NCBI GenBank assembly: GCA_020536535.1
Contig: JAHLWZ010000163.1
Location: 1 to 64,000 of the forward strand
DNA: 64,000 nt
From: Pelomyxa schiedti
Taxonomy: Eukaryota; Protista; Evosea
Direction: 5' to 3'
The number at the start of each line of letters is the position of its first letter. Position 1 is the stretch's first letter. Made by a program: the position numbers and the translations under genes. Below the pieces are notes generated by a model that saw only the letters and a program-made list of their open reading frames with translations, had not been told where the DNA came from and did not search any database. This document shows, one piece after another, positions 12,925 through 25,097 of this stretch.

Positions 12925-14081
12925 TCAAGAATGTTTGCCGACTTTCTTTGGCTCTTTGGCGGAGGTCCACGTGTCATCATCTTCTATGTCCCATGCCTCA
13001 TTCCAGGAATCACCTAGTTGGTTTAGTTTGGAAGCAAAACAAGAATCATTACCTGGGTTTGAAGTGGTGTCTGGAGCTGTGGCTGACAAAAGCGGTGCTT
13101 TATCTTGTTCTTGTGGTGTTTGTGCGACTGTTGGGGGTGGTTGAAGTTGTCTCTGTAGTGGTTTGGGTTGAACTTGTGACATGGGAGGCGGCTGGGCCAT
13201 ATCGTGTGGGCTTGTTTTCATTGTGTCATCTGGGAAAGGTGGTGGGGATGGTGCTAAGGACGTTTCCCTGTTTGCTGGGGTCGGTACAGGTTGCATTTCA
13301 ACACCTGCTACAGCACTGCGGGAACGAGATAAGAACGGTAACCAGCTCCTCTAGTTTAATGAACACAGTCCATAAAAAAAAGTCAATAGATAAGGGATGC
13401 CATACCCCAGATAAAGAGCTGAATTTCCAGCCAATAGCTGCCAGTGACCCACATAAAATACAAATGGGTATAACAGTGTACACCCATTCACCTACAAGTA
13501 GAGATGATTCAGGCACTGAGGATGAAGAAGAAGAAGATTGCGAGGAGGATGATTCTGAGGAGGAAGATTGTGAGGCAGATTGGGAGGAGGACTGTGAGGA
13601 CGACTGTGAGGAAGATTGGGAGGAGGACTGCGAGGACGACTGCGAGGAGGATTGCGAAGAGGAGAGTGATAGTGAGGAGGAACTAGAAGACGACGTGGAA
13701 AACTACGGCGGGTAAGACAAACATAGGAAAAGCGAAATGACGACGCGATACCCGCGGAGCAGAAGTGCACACATAGGCACAGTAGTCCTGGCCATTTACG
13801 CTCGCCGTTCCGTTTTTACACACAGGAGTACCCCAGAGGGCTGCGTTACAGTACGTAGTGCAATCTTCTGTGTTACATTTTGTAGTACAGATGGTGCAGT
13901 ATTCCTCGACGGGGGTGCCACAGTCTCCCGTGCACAGATCATTGAACGGCACCGTGACCTCTGGCGTAACTTCAGGAAAAAAAAAGAAAAAACCTGTATA
14001 ACCTTCAGCCCCCCCATTGACCACATTGCACACGAGCACAATGAACCCCACAAGCATCAGTACACGTGGGCCAGCCTTCAT
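12925..14081 (-). CDS. Type I membrane protein: signal peptide, Cys-rich ectodomain, (SSSQ)n stalk, TM helix, Pro/Gln-rich tail (3' end approximate)
   Basis: Joining ORFs 13683..14081, the Ser-rich frame, 13298..13516 (TM VIPICILCGSLAAIGW) and 12925..13296 across GT-AG introns. Confidence 0.65.
13530..13700 (-). repeat. 12-bp coding repeat encoding SSSQ
   Basis: Plus strand shows gaggaggactgc/gaggaggattgc repeats. Confidence 0.85.
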
Positions 14082-14216
14082 TTTTCGATTTTGATTGCAG
14101 ATTCCGCTGGGCCCGTAAAATCTCTATTGTGTAATGGCGTTCTATGCGTTCCTCTCTGGAGCGCTACAAGAACTAAGGAATACAAACAACAAGAAAAGCA
14201 AAATTGTGTGACTAGT

Positions 14217-15083
14217 TCATAATAACAAACACCCTCCTCCACCACCCTTTTTTTCTGGTTTCTTGATCGATCTGGGTCCCTTTTTTGCTCTTGGTGTTGC
14301 CATTGCCCTTTCCTCCGCGGCCGCGTGTGCTGCAACAACATTGTTGTGTACTGCTTGTATAATGGCATCAAAGCATTCTTGTACCATTTCACCAGATGCT
14401 GCAGAAGTCTGTATGGTTTTAGGCCATGTGAGGGCAATGTAAAATGCAAAGGGAACCTCGTAGTATTCAGCATGAATGTTGTTGCTCATATCTTCTGCTT
14501 CGCCTCTAGATACCTTGCGAGGGAGATCCTTTTTATTACCCACCAGATATACAACCAGGGGGGCTGATGGTGCGTCCCTGCTGGCGGCTGCATCAACATC
14601 ACTGAACCGGGTCAGCTGTGTGTACCACCCCTTGACACCCTGAAGGGATTCAGGGTCAGTTACATCATATACAAGAATGGCACCTTGAAAACCGAATTTT
14701 CAGAACGAGAAGGGAGCGGGAGCACACAAACCTTTGCATCTTTTGAAGATGGAAGTCGTTACGTGGGAGAATTTCTCTTCTCCTGCAGAATCCCATGTCT
14801 TTTTACCGAGTAAGAAAGCGAAAGTAGTAGAAACTACGTGTGGGCATGCAGTGGTATGCCAGAATACCTTGACACTAATTGCCTTCTTGCCAATTTTCCA
14901 CGGTTTCGTGTAGAACCCATCCGAATCCCTATCGGCGAACGAAGCTGTGTCAACGCCGCCGCCGCCAACGCCTCCAACGAGACACGGACTGAAGTTGTTC
15001 ATGAAGCACCTCACAATGGACGTCTTCCCAACACCCGCCTCGCCCAACAACATCAGCTCCACCACCGTAACGTCGTCCCCCAT
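14217..15083 (-). CDS. Divergent Rab-like small GTPase with CaaL terminus
   Basis: GEAGVGKTS; WDSAGEEKF; VGNKKDL; ETSA; C-terminus KKGGGGGCLLL. Confidence 0.85.
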
Positions 15084-15514
15084 GAATGGAGTGTAGGTGT
15101 TTGGTTTTTTTGAAAAAAATGATTGTCTGCGGTGTAATTGCTATGTGGTGTGGGTGATACACTAATCCCCTGCACTGATAAATTAACGAGTATAGGGTAG
15201 TGCGGGGTTCCACGCGGTTGATCCCGTTTTTTTTTTCTTTTTGATTTGTGTGGCATTTTCTTTGTTTTTGTTTTCCTGCTCGTTTTTCTCTCTTTCTTCG
15301 GTTTCTTGCGTTAATTATTTTGTCTTTGCTCTTTTTTGTTTATCGAAAGGTGAAGTTGTAGTTCGTTTACCTGTAATCGACATCGGGCAAAGCAACGCTA
15401 AAAATAAAAAAAAGGTAGAAAGACTTACGGTTAGGTACAGTTACAGAATACAAGTGACTGTGCTGGTGGTGTGCTTTGGTTTCTTTGGGTGGGGTTTGTG
15501 GGGATTTCGCTGGA

Positions 15515-17027
15515 TTATGTCTTGTGGGGGGGTTCTTGGGTGCTACTTGTAGGTTTTTCTGTGGTGTTGTGGGTGGTAGCTTCTTTGTCAGTTGTGGGTG
15601 CTGGTGGGGGAGTGTGGGATTGTGCTGGGGTTGTGGGCTTATCTGCAGAAGTGGCTGGGTGGTCCTTTGTGGAGGACTGCGGGTGGCTCTCGGGTGTTGG
15701 ATTGCTGTTTGCTGGTGTGGATGATGCCGTTGTAGAGGCGGCAGTGGTGGTGGCCGGGCTTGCTTCGTTGGCAGTATTTGCATTGTTCTTGAAAGAGCAA
15801 AGTTAGGACTGCGGTTGAATGGATGCACAAAGGAACACACGTGGTTTGGCATAGGTTTTGGTGGATGGACGTCGGAAGGTTTTTCGCCATCACTGTTTTT
15901 GAGATTGGGATCTGCACCAGCCTTCAACAGGAGCTGCTCAATAACGGTTCCTGCCGAATACCTACTCGAAAGGACAGATGAAATTGTACGTGGGGGAAAA
16001 AAGCTACCTGTAGGTCATGTGCAGAGCGGTATCGCCTTTATCATTTTGTGCATTAACGTCAGCCCCTCTGTTGACAATAAGTTGAACCAAAGTTTCGTTA
16101 CAGTTCCTTGTTGCAACGTGCAGAGGAGTTGCCCCATAAGGGTCTTTAAGGTTCTATGCAAGGTTACGAAGCTCAAGTTCCACAAGGGACGAAGCATACA
16201 ACAGGACATCCGCTATCAAGTAATGCCTGGACTTGATTGGGTTTGTTGTGGGCTACACAGCTGAAGATTTTGTTAAAGTCCTCAGGTTTCGGCTTTACTG
16301 CAGGATCATCGGGATTTGATGCCCAATCCGATTCTCCCGTGTTCTTTGGGGCAGCACTGCTGCTGGCCGTTTCCTTTGACTCTGCTTGCTTTCCTTGAAG
16401 GGTGCCAGAAGGTTTTTTTACAATTGTAGCAGCAGGACCTAAAAGTAAAAACCACCCCACACAAAGTCAATTCTTTCGCGTAAGCCATCGGCTATTTTCC
16501 CCCAAGTCAAAAATCACGAAGCAATACGAACCTGATGATGCGGATGCAGCGTGATTCTGGTCGTGCGGCGTAGAAGCTTTCGCGGAAGGAGCCTGGTGCT
16601 GCTGATGCTGATGCTGAGCCTGCTGCTCCTGATGATGATGGTGCCCACCGGTGGCCGGCTGAGCAGAACCAGCGGCACCACTGGGCTTCGTTTTGGAGCC
16701 GTGATTGGGGCTGCCCTGGGATTTCGCGGGGTTGGAGCTGGAGAGCGGGCTTGCAGTTGCTTTCGAATTCGCAGTTGCAGCAGGCGTCGACGCAGGAGCC
16801 TGTTTTTTGGCTGCAGAAGACGAGGAGGGGCCTCCCGTCGGGGCATTGGACTTTGTCGGAGGGGCCTCAGTAGATTTCTTCAGAGATTTGGGAGCCGGGG
16901 TAGATGGCGGGGGGCCGTTGTTGGCGGACGTGGAGGGCTTGGTGGATGCGGGCTTACGAGGTGTGGTACCTGCATGTGAGGGGTGTTTGTTGTTGGAGCC
17001 GGCGGCTACGCTGGCGGAGCAGCCCAT
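15515..17027 (-). CDS. Ankyrin-repeat protein with N-terminal MGC acylation motif
   Basis: MGCSAS start; GATPLHVATRNCNETLVQLIVNRGADVNAQNDKGDTALH; KAGADPNLKNSDGEKP. Confidence 0.8.
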
Positions 17028-17432
17028 AATTGGTTTTGGGCGGTGTTTTGTGTTTTAAAATGGGGTGGTTGGAGGTGTGTCTTTGGGGGACCCCGGTGGG
17101 TTGCGGGGGGGAGACACAACGGTAAACGGTGCTGTGTTGTGTTAGGTAATTAGTGAAAAATACAATTCCGGGATTGTCAACCACACAACAAAGGAGGGGA
17201 AACGGTACCAGAGGATCTTTTCTTTTTTCTGCTTGTTCAACCAGGCCCGTTTCTGCGAATGTAATCCTCCTTCTTGAAGTGTTCCAGCGGTCAGAAGGAA
17301 GCAGACAGGACCGAGTGACGCCATACGGTGGTGCACGAATATGATGATTGTATTTCCATGTTAGAATTTGGGAGATTGGCACCTTTCATCTCCTGCAGTT
17401 AATTTTTACACAAGCAGCGCCCTTGACAGCGC

Positions 17433-18119
17433 ATGAACCACTCAGCCGGTACTGCGACAGCTACATCTGCATCTGCAACCGCATCTGCGACGACAAGCAA
17501 CTCTAGTGTTGGGGGTCCACTGCCACAATGTTCTTTGTATTACCATTACCGCGATTTGGAGGGAGCAATGTTTGGGCCTTTTTCCTTCGCGCACATGGTG
17601 GGTGCAATTTCTTGTCTGCTGCGTGTTGCACTTGTGTTTTTTTTTTTTTTTTTTTTGTGAGTGTGTGAGTATCGCACCCCAACTGCACTGCACTTCGCTT
17701 TCATGTGTGGGAAGGTTATGAATCACCGTGTTTGCATGCCACTTACTCTATTTTTTTCACAAGTATCACTGGTGGATGGCTGGCCATCTGGATCCTAAAG
17801 TTCAAGTTCGTGTGGTAGGGGAAACAGAATTTACTCCTATTGCAGGTGAAGGTTCTTTTAAAAAAACCTTTCACTTAACAAACACTAGAAAGACCGGAGT
17901 TCCCAGCCAAGGAAGTGTATACAATCGTTCTCCCTAGTACAGTCGTAGAAGTGACAGAGCCGAGCGCCAAATAGCCCACTTCATGGATTTGGAGGCCTAC
18001 CAGGAACAGCGACGAATGGCCAGACAACTAGTGGAGTTGGGACTTGTAAAGCCAAAGGCAAGAAACCCAAAGTACCCAAGAAGAAGAAGATGCCCGCATG
18101 GCTAAGTGAAATTCATTAA
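17433..18119 (+). CDS. Small GYF-domain protein (3' exon structure uncertain)
   Basis: YHYRDLEGAMFGPFSFAHM/YHWWMAGHL..VQVRVVGETEF matches the GYF consensus. Confidence 0.7.
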
Positions 18120-18293
18120 TTCCGTGATGACGTTAATTTTAGAAAAACAAATTCCAAAATGTTGCTCTTTTTTTTGGTTTTCCCTATTAGTGTGCAGTAG
18201 TGCGTGTCCTTTTGTGTGCAGGGCGTTGTTTGCAATAACAGCAAAAAAACCAGATCAAGCAAGACAAGAAAAAAAGTGAAGATAGAGGATAGA

Positions 18294-19186
18294 ATGGCAT
18301 TGCACCAAGCACTGTTCATGTTTGGGGTCGTGGCTGTACTCTTTGGTGTGGGTTACTCTCAGATTGTTGTGACCGGAACGGGGACGTACAATACAACAGC
18401 GGACACAGCGGTTATTCAAGTTGGAGTTACCACAAATGGGACAAGTGTAGCTCAGGTAGTAGAGATAAATGCCCAGAAAGTCCAGGTATGACTTCTTTGA
18501 ATTGTTTTATTCTCAGGCACATTGCACATAGACTGTGATTCAGCAAATTGTCGATGCTGGAATCAGGAGAGATGACATTCAGACAATTGTCCTCGAGTTC
18601 CGGCAGCTCTTTGGTGATTTTGAGTCCGGTGATTCTGAGACCGACAACACAGAGACTGACACTAGCGAGAGCTCTCCTTCAGATAATCAGGTTAATAATT
18701 AAGCATTTTTTTAGGGGTTTTCTGTTGTTGCTCCACTAACACTTAGATAGTGGGAAATGACACAAATACTAAGCGTTACAGCACGTATTGAATTGCTTCC
18801 CAATGTGATTGAAGAAGCAATTTCTGGAGGAGCCACATCAATTGAAGGTGTTGATTTCCAGGCCAAGGACTATACCCCTGTATGTAATCACATTATCCTT
18901 TTAAATAACGTATTATAAATACGCATACATCCAATCCCATAATAATGCACAGGCACTCCAACGTGCGCGTGTATTAGCCGTAGCCGATGCACAAGCCAAG
19001 GCAGCCAGCCTCGCCACGATCAATAAGGTCATTCTGGGAAAATTGCAGACGATAAGCGAGCCTCCAGCAACAGTCTCGGTGCTTCAGACGGAGTACACGT
19101 CGGAAAACTCGCTCGTTTCGCTGCCCATTGCACCTGGAACATTGAGGGTAAAGGTCTCGGTGCAACTCATTTACGCCATCCAGTAG
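18294..19186 (+). CDS. SIMPL (DUF541) domain secreted protein
   Basis: Signal peptide; VVTGTGTYNTTADTAVIQVGV; IEEAISGGATSIEGVDF; AVADAQAKAASLA..LGKL; IAPGTLRVKVSVQLIY. Confidence 0.8.
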
Positions 19187-19341
19187 TTCATAGTGGCTGA
19201 GTTGCTTTGTACCACACAATCGTATTATACGAGTTGAGTGGTGTCACAACAAAAAAAAACCCTTGTCTTCAAAGATTGATGATTGGGAAAAGAAGCGTTT
19301 CTTTTTGATTTTCTTTGATAACTGAAGTTTAAGGGTGGTTG

Positions 19342-21872
19342 ATGTTTCGGCGGGAGAAAAGCACGAGCAGTCTGAACGCTACGTCGACGGCGACGGCGAC
19401 GGCTACGGCGACTACGACGACGTCTGGGACTACGAGCGGCAACGATTGGCAGCGTCCCACAATCCGGCGCCAGACCTCCGCCACAAGCACCACGTCACCC
19501 ATTTCACAACCGACAGCGACACCGAGCAGCACCAACACTGTCACTACCAACGTAGGCCCAGAATCTTCCAAGGAGACACCGGCCGAACAGACCACCACCG
19601 AAACAGTTATGGGTACTGGGTCCAACAAAAAAAACAGAGCTTCGTGCCCCCCTATTGCCAAACCGGCAGACGGAAGCTCGCACGATAGGCACCATTCGTC
19701 CCACAATCGCGAGCACAGATCCAGTGAGTCCCATGCCAAGACCGGCGCCAATGTGGCCCAAATCTCAAGTGCAACTGCAACCGCAACCGCAGCCGCTACT
19801 TCGGCTGCCGCTTCTGACAGTCACCAACTTGGGTCGACCGGCAGCACCGTCGATCCGTCGCCAAAGCCAGTGACGTCAGATGCTGCAGCAAATGCAACTG
19901 CGACGGCAAATGCAACTGATACCGGTGCATTGGAGTCTAGGCTAACAGGGGAGTTAGGAGAGGGGGAACATGATGTACAATATATAATGGATGCATGTGG
20001 GGGTGACAAGTTCGCTCTGTGCACATACGCCCTGAACCAGCACACCATGTCCCTGGAACTCCTGTCAAAGATATCCTTTTCTGGTATTCCCGACGCTGCT
20101 CCGACTCTCCGAGCACAGTACTGGAAGGTATGCTGTTGAACAGAGTTCTTTTTGTGACTGACTCTTGGTGCTAAAGGTGCTCCTCCATTACTTGCCACCG
20201 AAAAAAAGTGACTGGCCATCAAAACTGGCTTCCAGTAGACGTCAGTACATGGAATGGAAAAATGAATTCGCACTCAATCCCAAACACCCACTTGCAATGG
20301 TACGTCTCTTCTTACCTTCGCTCTTCTGTACTTACAACCTCTTGGTTTTCAGGCTTTGTCTCCTGAAGAGAGTAAAGCTCGTTTATTGGAACAGGTGATG
20401 CACCACATATAACTCTTATTCGTATTAACAGTCGTAGGATGAAACAGAAGGGACATCAGATCAGGTTTGTATCATTCGTTGCTGTTTGATCTGAAACTGG
20501 TTTAAGCGAAGAAATGCTGTGGCCTACTCAAAACCTGACACAACAAGGTTCACCAATGATATTATTAGTTCTATCTGACGTATTATCAGTGACTTTGAAC
20601 CTGATAGAAAACTACTTGGCGAAATCATTAAGGATGTGAGAAGAACGTGCCCAACTCTCCACTTTTTCAATTCTGTGCGTATTCATTGAATTCCTCTTTT
20701 CTGTAACCAAAGTCAACTTCGTGTTTGACATTGTTAAGGCCGCAGGTGCAAAAAATGCTGTGCATTATGATGCATTAATGTGTATATTGGTACACAATTA
20801 TGCCTTCTCTCTGCACCTTACCCAAACTTTTTTTTCATATATCTTTCTGAATTGATCAAAAGTTTATTTATGCGCACTATAATCTGTGTGTACGGTATGC
20901 ACAAGGAATGAATGACATACTAGCACCACTTTACTACGCGTTTGCTATTGATGTTGTTGAAACTCAAGGTTTACGGTTTTACTTTACAAGACTTCCCCAA
21001 CTTGATTTCTAGAACATGCAGAAGCAGATGCCTTCTTTTGCTTCTCCAACCTCATGAGTGAAGTAATGGACAATTACATTATGAATGTTCGTTTCCTTCC
21101 ATCTTTCCGTTTCCCACTTTAATCGAAAGTTAGAATTCGGAACTCGGAATTCATTCTACAATAAGTAAGTTTGACCAACTTCTCAAATTGAAAGACCCTG
21201 AGGTACATTCAGTGCCCCGACTATTGCTTATTGTCATAAGGTTTGGGACCGTCTAAATAGCCAGGGAATCCTCCCTACTTTCTACAGTCTCAGATGGCTT
21301 TCACTTCTCTTATCACAGGAGTTTGACATGCCCGATGTAACCACTCAAAAATCCTCCCAATTCGAACAAATAAATAATTTCAGGTTTTGCGGCTATGGGA
21401 TTCTCTCTTCGGGGATGAACACAGATTTGACTTTTTGTTGTTCTTCTGTTGTGCAATGGTCAAGTAATTTTTCTATACTTCAACAATGGGAGGAAAAAGA
21501 AAAACCCAGGTGTGTGAGAGGCCCTCTTCTCGTCGGTTCCTTTGCAGAAAACATGGCCTATCTTCAAGTTTGTTCCCCCACTCCAGGAATCCACCGACTA
21601 ACAAGCTTTCAGCAATACCCACGATTGATATCTTTTGATGACATTTTCGATGTTGCAGTTGTGTTGCGGAAAAACACCGATCCCTCTGTATTACAGACGA
21701 TGGTGCTGACATCAACACCCCCAGAAATGGGAAACTTCCGGGATGTACCACCTGTAAAAAAGAAGGTTTGCTATGGATCCCTTTATTCCGAGGTACTGAA
21801 ATTTACACCTAGGGAGGAATAAGAAAATTTTGGCAGCGAGAGAAACACCCAAAACAAAAAGGCAATTCGTGA
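19342..21872 (+). CDS. TBC-domain Rab GAP (TBC1D13-like)
   Basis: GIPD..LRAQYWKVLLHYLP; EIIKDVRRTCP; YAQGMNDILAPLYY; EADAFFCF; FYSLRWLSLLLSQEF. Confidence 0.9.
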
Positions 21873-22493
21873 GAGTTTGTAGACGACTACAATCCTGGTT
21901 TTGGTGGGATGGGTTGGAGACATTTCCCCTTCCTCTGTTTTATTGTACCACTACCACAAGTTCAAAGAAACACTTTTTTTTAAGCAGAAGCCATTCATTC
22001 CTTTCTCTTATCCTTTGCGTGCTTTGGTATTCACTGTTCTTAAGTACTTGGTACAGCTATGACCGTTCTTACTAGGATTTTAAAGGAATTCACTCACAGA
22101 ATCTGGCACACCGGGGGTTGGAATTGGGTTGTGAGTCTTGTTGGGATGTTGAGAACATGTGCTACAGCCTCGAGTTCATAAGTTGTCCTGGCAAAGTGAA
22201 GCTTGTCAGTTGGAACTTTCCAAGCCCGGCACGGGCACGAGGCTCGTCAGGTCAGTTGCGAACCAGTGGCATTTCGTACATCGACCCACAATGAGCGAGT
22301 TACCATACCGCAAAAAAGAAAACGCATCACCTCTCAATGTTTTGTGTTCTCTTCTGTCTCTCAGCTGCAGGCTGGGTATTTTTAGCGCAGGAAGTTTTTG
22401 TTTCATGGAACAGTGAACAGGAAACTTCCTCTTCAATTCCACATGTGGTATCAGCGACTCCCAAAAGGAGTCTGTCTCACTTGCCACTTTTCT

Positions 22494-24944
22494 TCAGGGT
22501 TCTTGTACTTTGGAACGTTTTGGGGTGTGTTTGCTGTTGGGGTGGTGTTGTCTCTTTCTGGATAAAGAGTCTTCCTCATCAGCAGAATTCCCACCTGCAA
22601 TAGGTGGAATCATCTGTTGCGGCCCCGTTGTTGTGTTTGGAAGGGTTTGTGATGGTGGGGGTGTGACCGGGCTTGAGGTGTGCTGATGCGGAGTATGACC
22701 CGTGTTGGGAATCAGAATTGCAGAGGTGGGTGATGGTGCCCCGGTTTGGGATGTGGATGAGGATGCGGTCGCAATATCCTGCATTTCCATTGGTTGCAGG
22801 CCTATATTTTGTGGGATGAGAATGGGATAAGCTTTCACCTTGAAGTATGGAATGTACCTTTTGAGTCCAGTGGTTCCCCGTTATCTTCCACTGATTCTCT
22901 GTGATGAGAGTGGGTGAAAAGGCAAAGTGCTCACGGAAATCTTACCTCTTCATGGTCATGGAACCGTTGGAAGGTGTGGAATTAGAGTGAGGGCCGGGGA
23001 GTCCATCTATGGGGGTGAAAGCGCTTGAGCCGGATGGTGCCTTTGGCGTTCCACTCTTTGTTGGTGCATTATTAGCAGAACAAATACTCAATATCGGTTC
23101 TATCACAAGCGGAGGTTGTTTATCTTCCTCCAGCGATTCCCTTTTCTCACTGATGCCTGCGTTAGCTGGGAGTTGTAGTGGAAAACCATACCCATTCTTA
23201 AGCATGGCCAACCGCTGTTGGATGAATTTCGAGTTTGGGTCAATCTCTGCGGCTCTTTTACATGCATCAATTGCATCAGGAATCTCGACAGATAATCAGA
23301 GAATAGAAAGGATGTCATGGGAAAATACTTGGTTACAAGCCTCATACAATGTTCCAAGGTTATACCAAACTTCACTCAACGCAGGGCCAAGTTTAATGGA
23401 TTTGGTAAAAGCATCAAGGGCATCCCGATACTGCAAATAAGTAAGTCGCGCCTAAAATTGGAGGGTTCAGGTCCAACTTGGGAGATTTTGTAATAAAGAA
23501 TGCCAATTGAACACCAATAAGAAGAACTTTTAGCATCCTGATACCTTGTTGGTTTCAGATTTCATGGTTGTTTATTTAAATAGATACTTACACAGCCTGT
23601 TGATATGCCTGATACGCTTTTCTATACTTCATTTGAGCCATATGGCATCTCCCAAGAAGATAAAATGCCTGTCCAGCGGATTGTGGGTCATTCAAATCTG
23701 TGTTATTGTCTACATTTTGTGTGTATGAAGGAAACTTTGTACCTTGTTGTGTTGCTTTGGTGAGCAAGTCAATTGCGTCATCTGTTTTACTAAAAGCATA
23801 GTGATTTAGCCATCCAAGTAGAATCATAAGCTGCTGAGTTTGTTTGGGGGAAGTGGGATTTTCCTTGAGAGCATGCTCATATGAGTCTTTGGCAAGTTCA
23901 TACTGGACACGTTCAGACAAAAGTGATTGGATGACAATAAACCTCTTTTTGCAGCTCATATACATTCCCAATATGTGTCCAAATGTCCACTTTTGATAAT
24001 GGATGTGGAGGCTTTGTGCATACTTGCTGAAATGACTGCGAAGTGTTGGTTTACAAGAAAATGGTACTCGGCACAACCTCAAGGGCTTGAGATAATTTTG
24101 ATGGTTGCTGCTTGTACAGCATTCCCAGCCTGTAGTGTATTTCTGATGCCTTCTCAAAATCAGGATCCATCTTGAGAACAGCCATGAACGCTTCTTCAGC
24201 GTGATCATTTGAGCCAAATCTTTCATATAAAATGCCAATTCCATACCAAAGATTTGGGTCCTAGCAAGTTTGAGGTTCTTATTAATGAAAATGAAATTAC
24301 CTTTGGGTTATCGAGATGGTACAGTGCTTGTTGATAGGCACTGTAAGCCTTTTGCAGTTCATCTTGAAGCAGATGAACATGACCAAGAGCACCCCATATT
24401 TCTCCATTGGTAATGTCAATGTTGAGTATGCGCTGGAAATACTCTGCTGCCTGGCGGGTTTATATTAAAATAATTCCTGGAATAGCGGCCAATGGAGTTA
24501 CCTTGGGATACTGTTCTCTTTGCCTAAAAATGAATGCAATGTAGGCAAGGGCCTTTGTGTTCCGTGGATTGTGCTTCAGTACATTCTCGTAGCACTCCAT
24601 TGCCCTGTCAGTCTCACCCAAAGCTTCATTCATAGTCCCTGAATTTATAACAAGTTGAACAACAAAATTACATATAACAAGCCCAAGAATAGACAAATAC
24701 CCAGTTTGAGCCAGGTCTGTTCGTTTGCGGCCACCAACTTGGTGTTGAGCGAAACACCCGTCGACGAAGGGGACTGCCCAACGACGCAGTTGCTGCTGAT
24801 GACGTTTCCGTTGGTGCAACTGCTGGAATTGGTAGTCGCGGCGCCCGGCGACGTGCGGTTGCCGTTGTGGTGCTGTATTTGCGCAACGACGCCAGCTGTG
24901 GATTGTGGGTGGTGCGACGGCGTGCGGTGGTTTGCGTTGTTCAT
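22494..24944 (-). CDS. TPR-repeat general transcriptional corepressor, Ssn6/Cyc8/TrfA family
   Basis: NEQTWLKLG..GETDRAMECYENVL; EIWGALGHVHLLQDELQKAYSAYQQALYHL..DPNLWYGIGI; WCSIGILYY; EVWYNLGTLYEAC. Confidence 0.9.
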
Positions 24945-25097
24945 TTTTGGTGATGACCCGAGTAGCCCTCGGAGAAGAGACCAAGAAAGTAGTGTTGGAA
25001 AAAATGGAAAAGTGGTCATTTTCGTTGCTTCTTCGATTGATTGGCGTGGCGGTTTTTGGTGTTGTTAGACGAAAAGAATTCTTGCCACTTTTGGGTG

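Noticed and set aside
12948-13715. Plus-strand 255-aa ORF with EEDC acidic repeats
   Set aside because: Antisense shadow of the SSSQ stalk of the minus-strand membrane protein
20071-20080. ATATCCTTTT, an AT-AC donor lookalike
   Set aside because: Lies within continuous TBC coding sequence (KISFSGIP)
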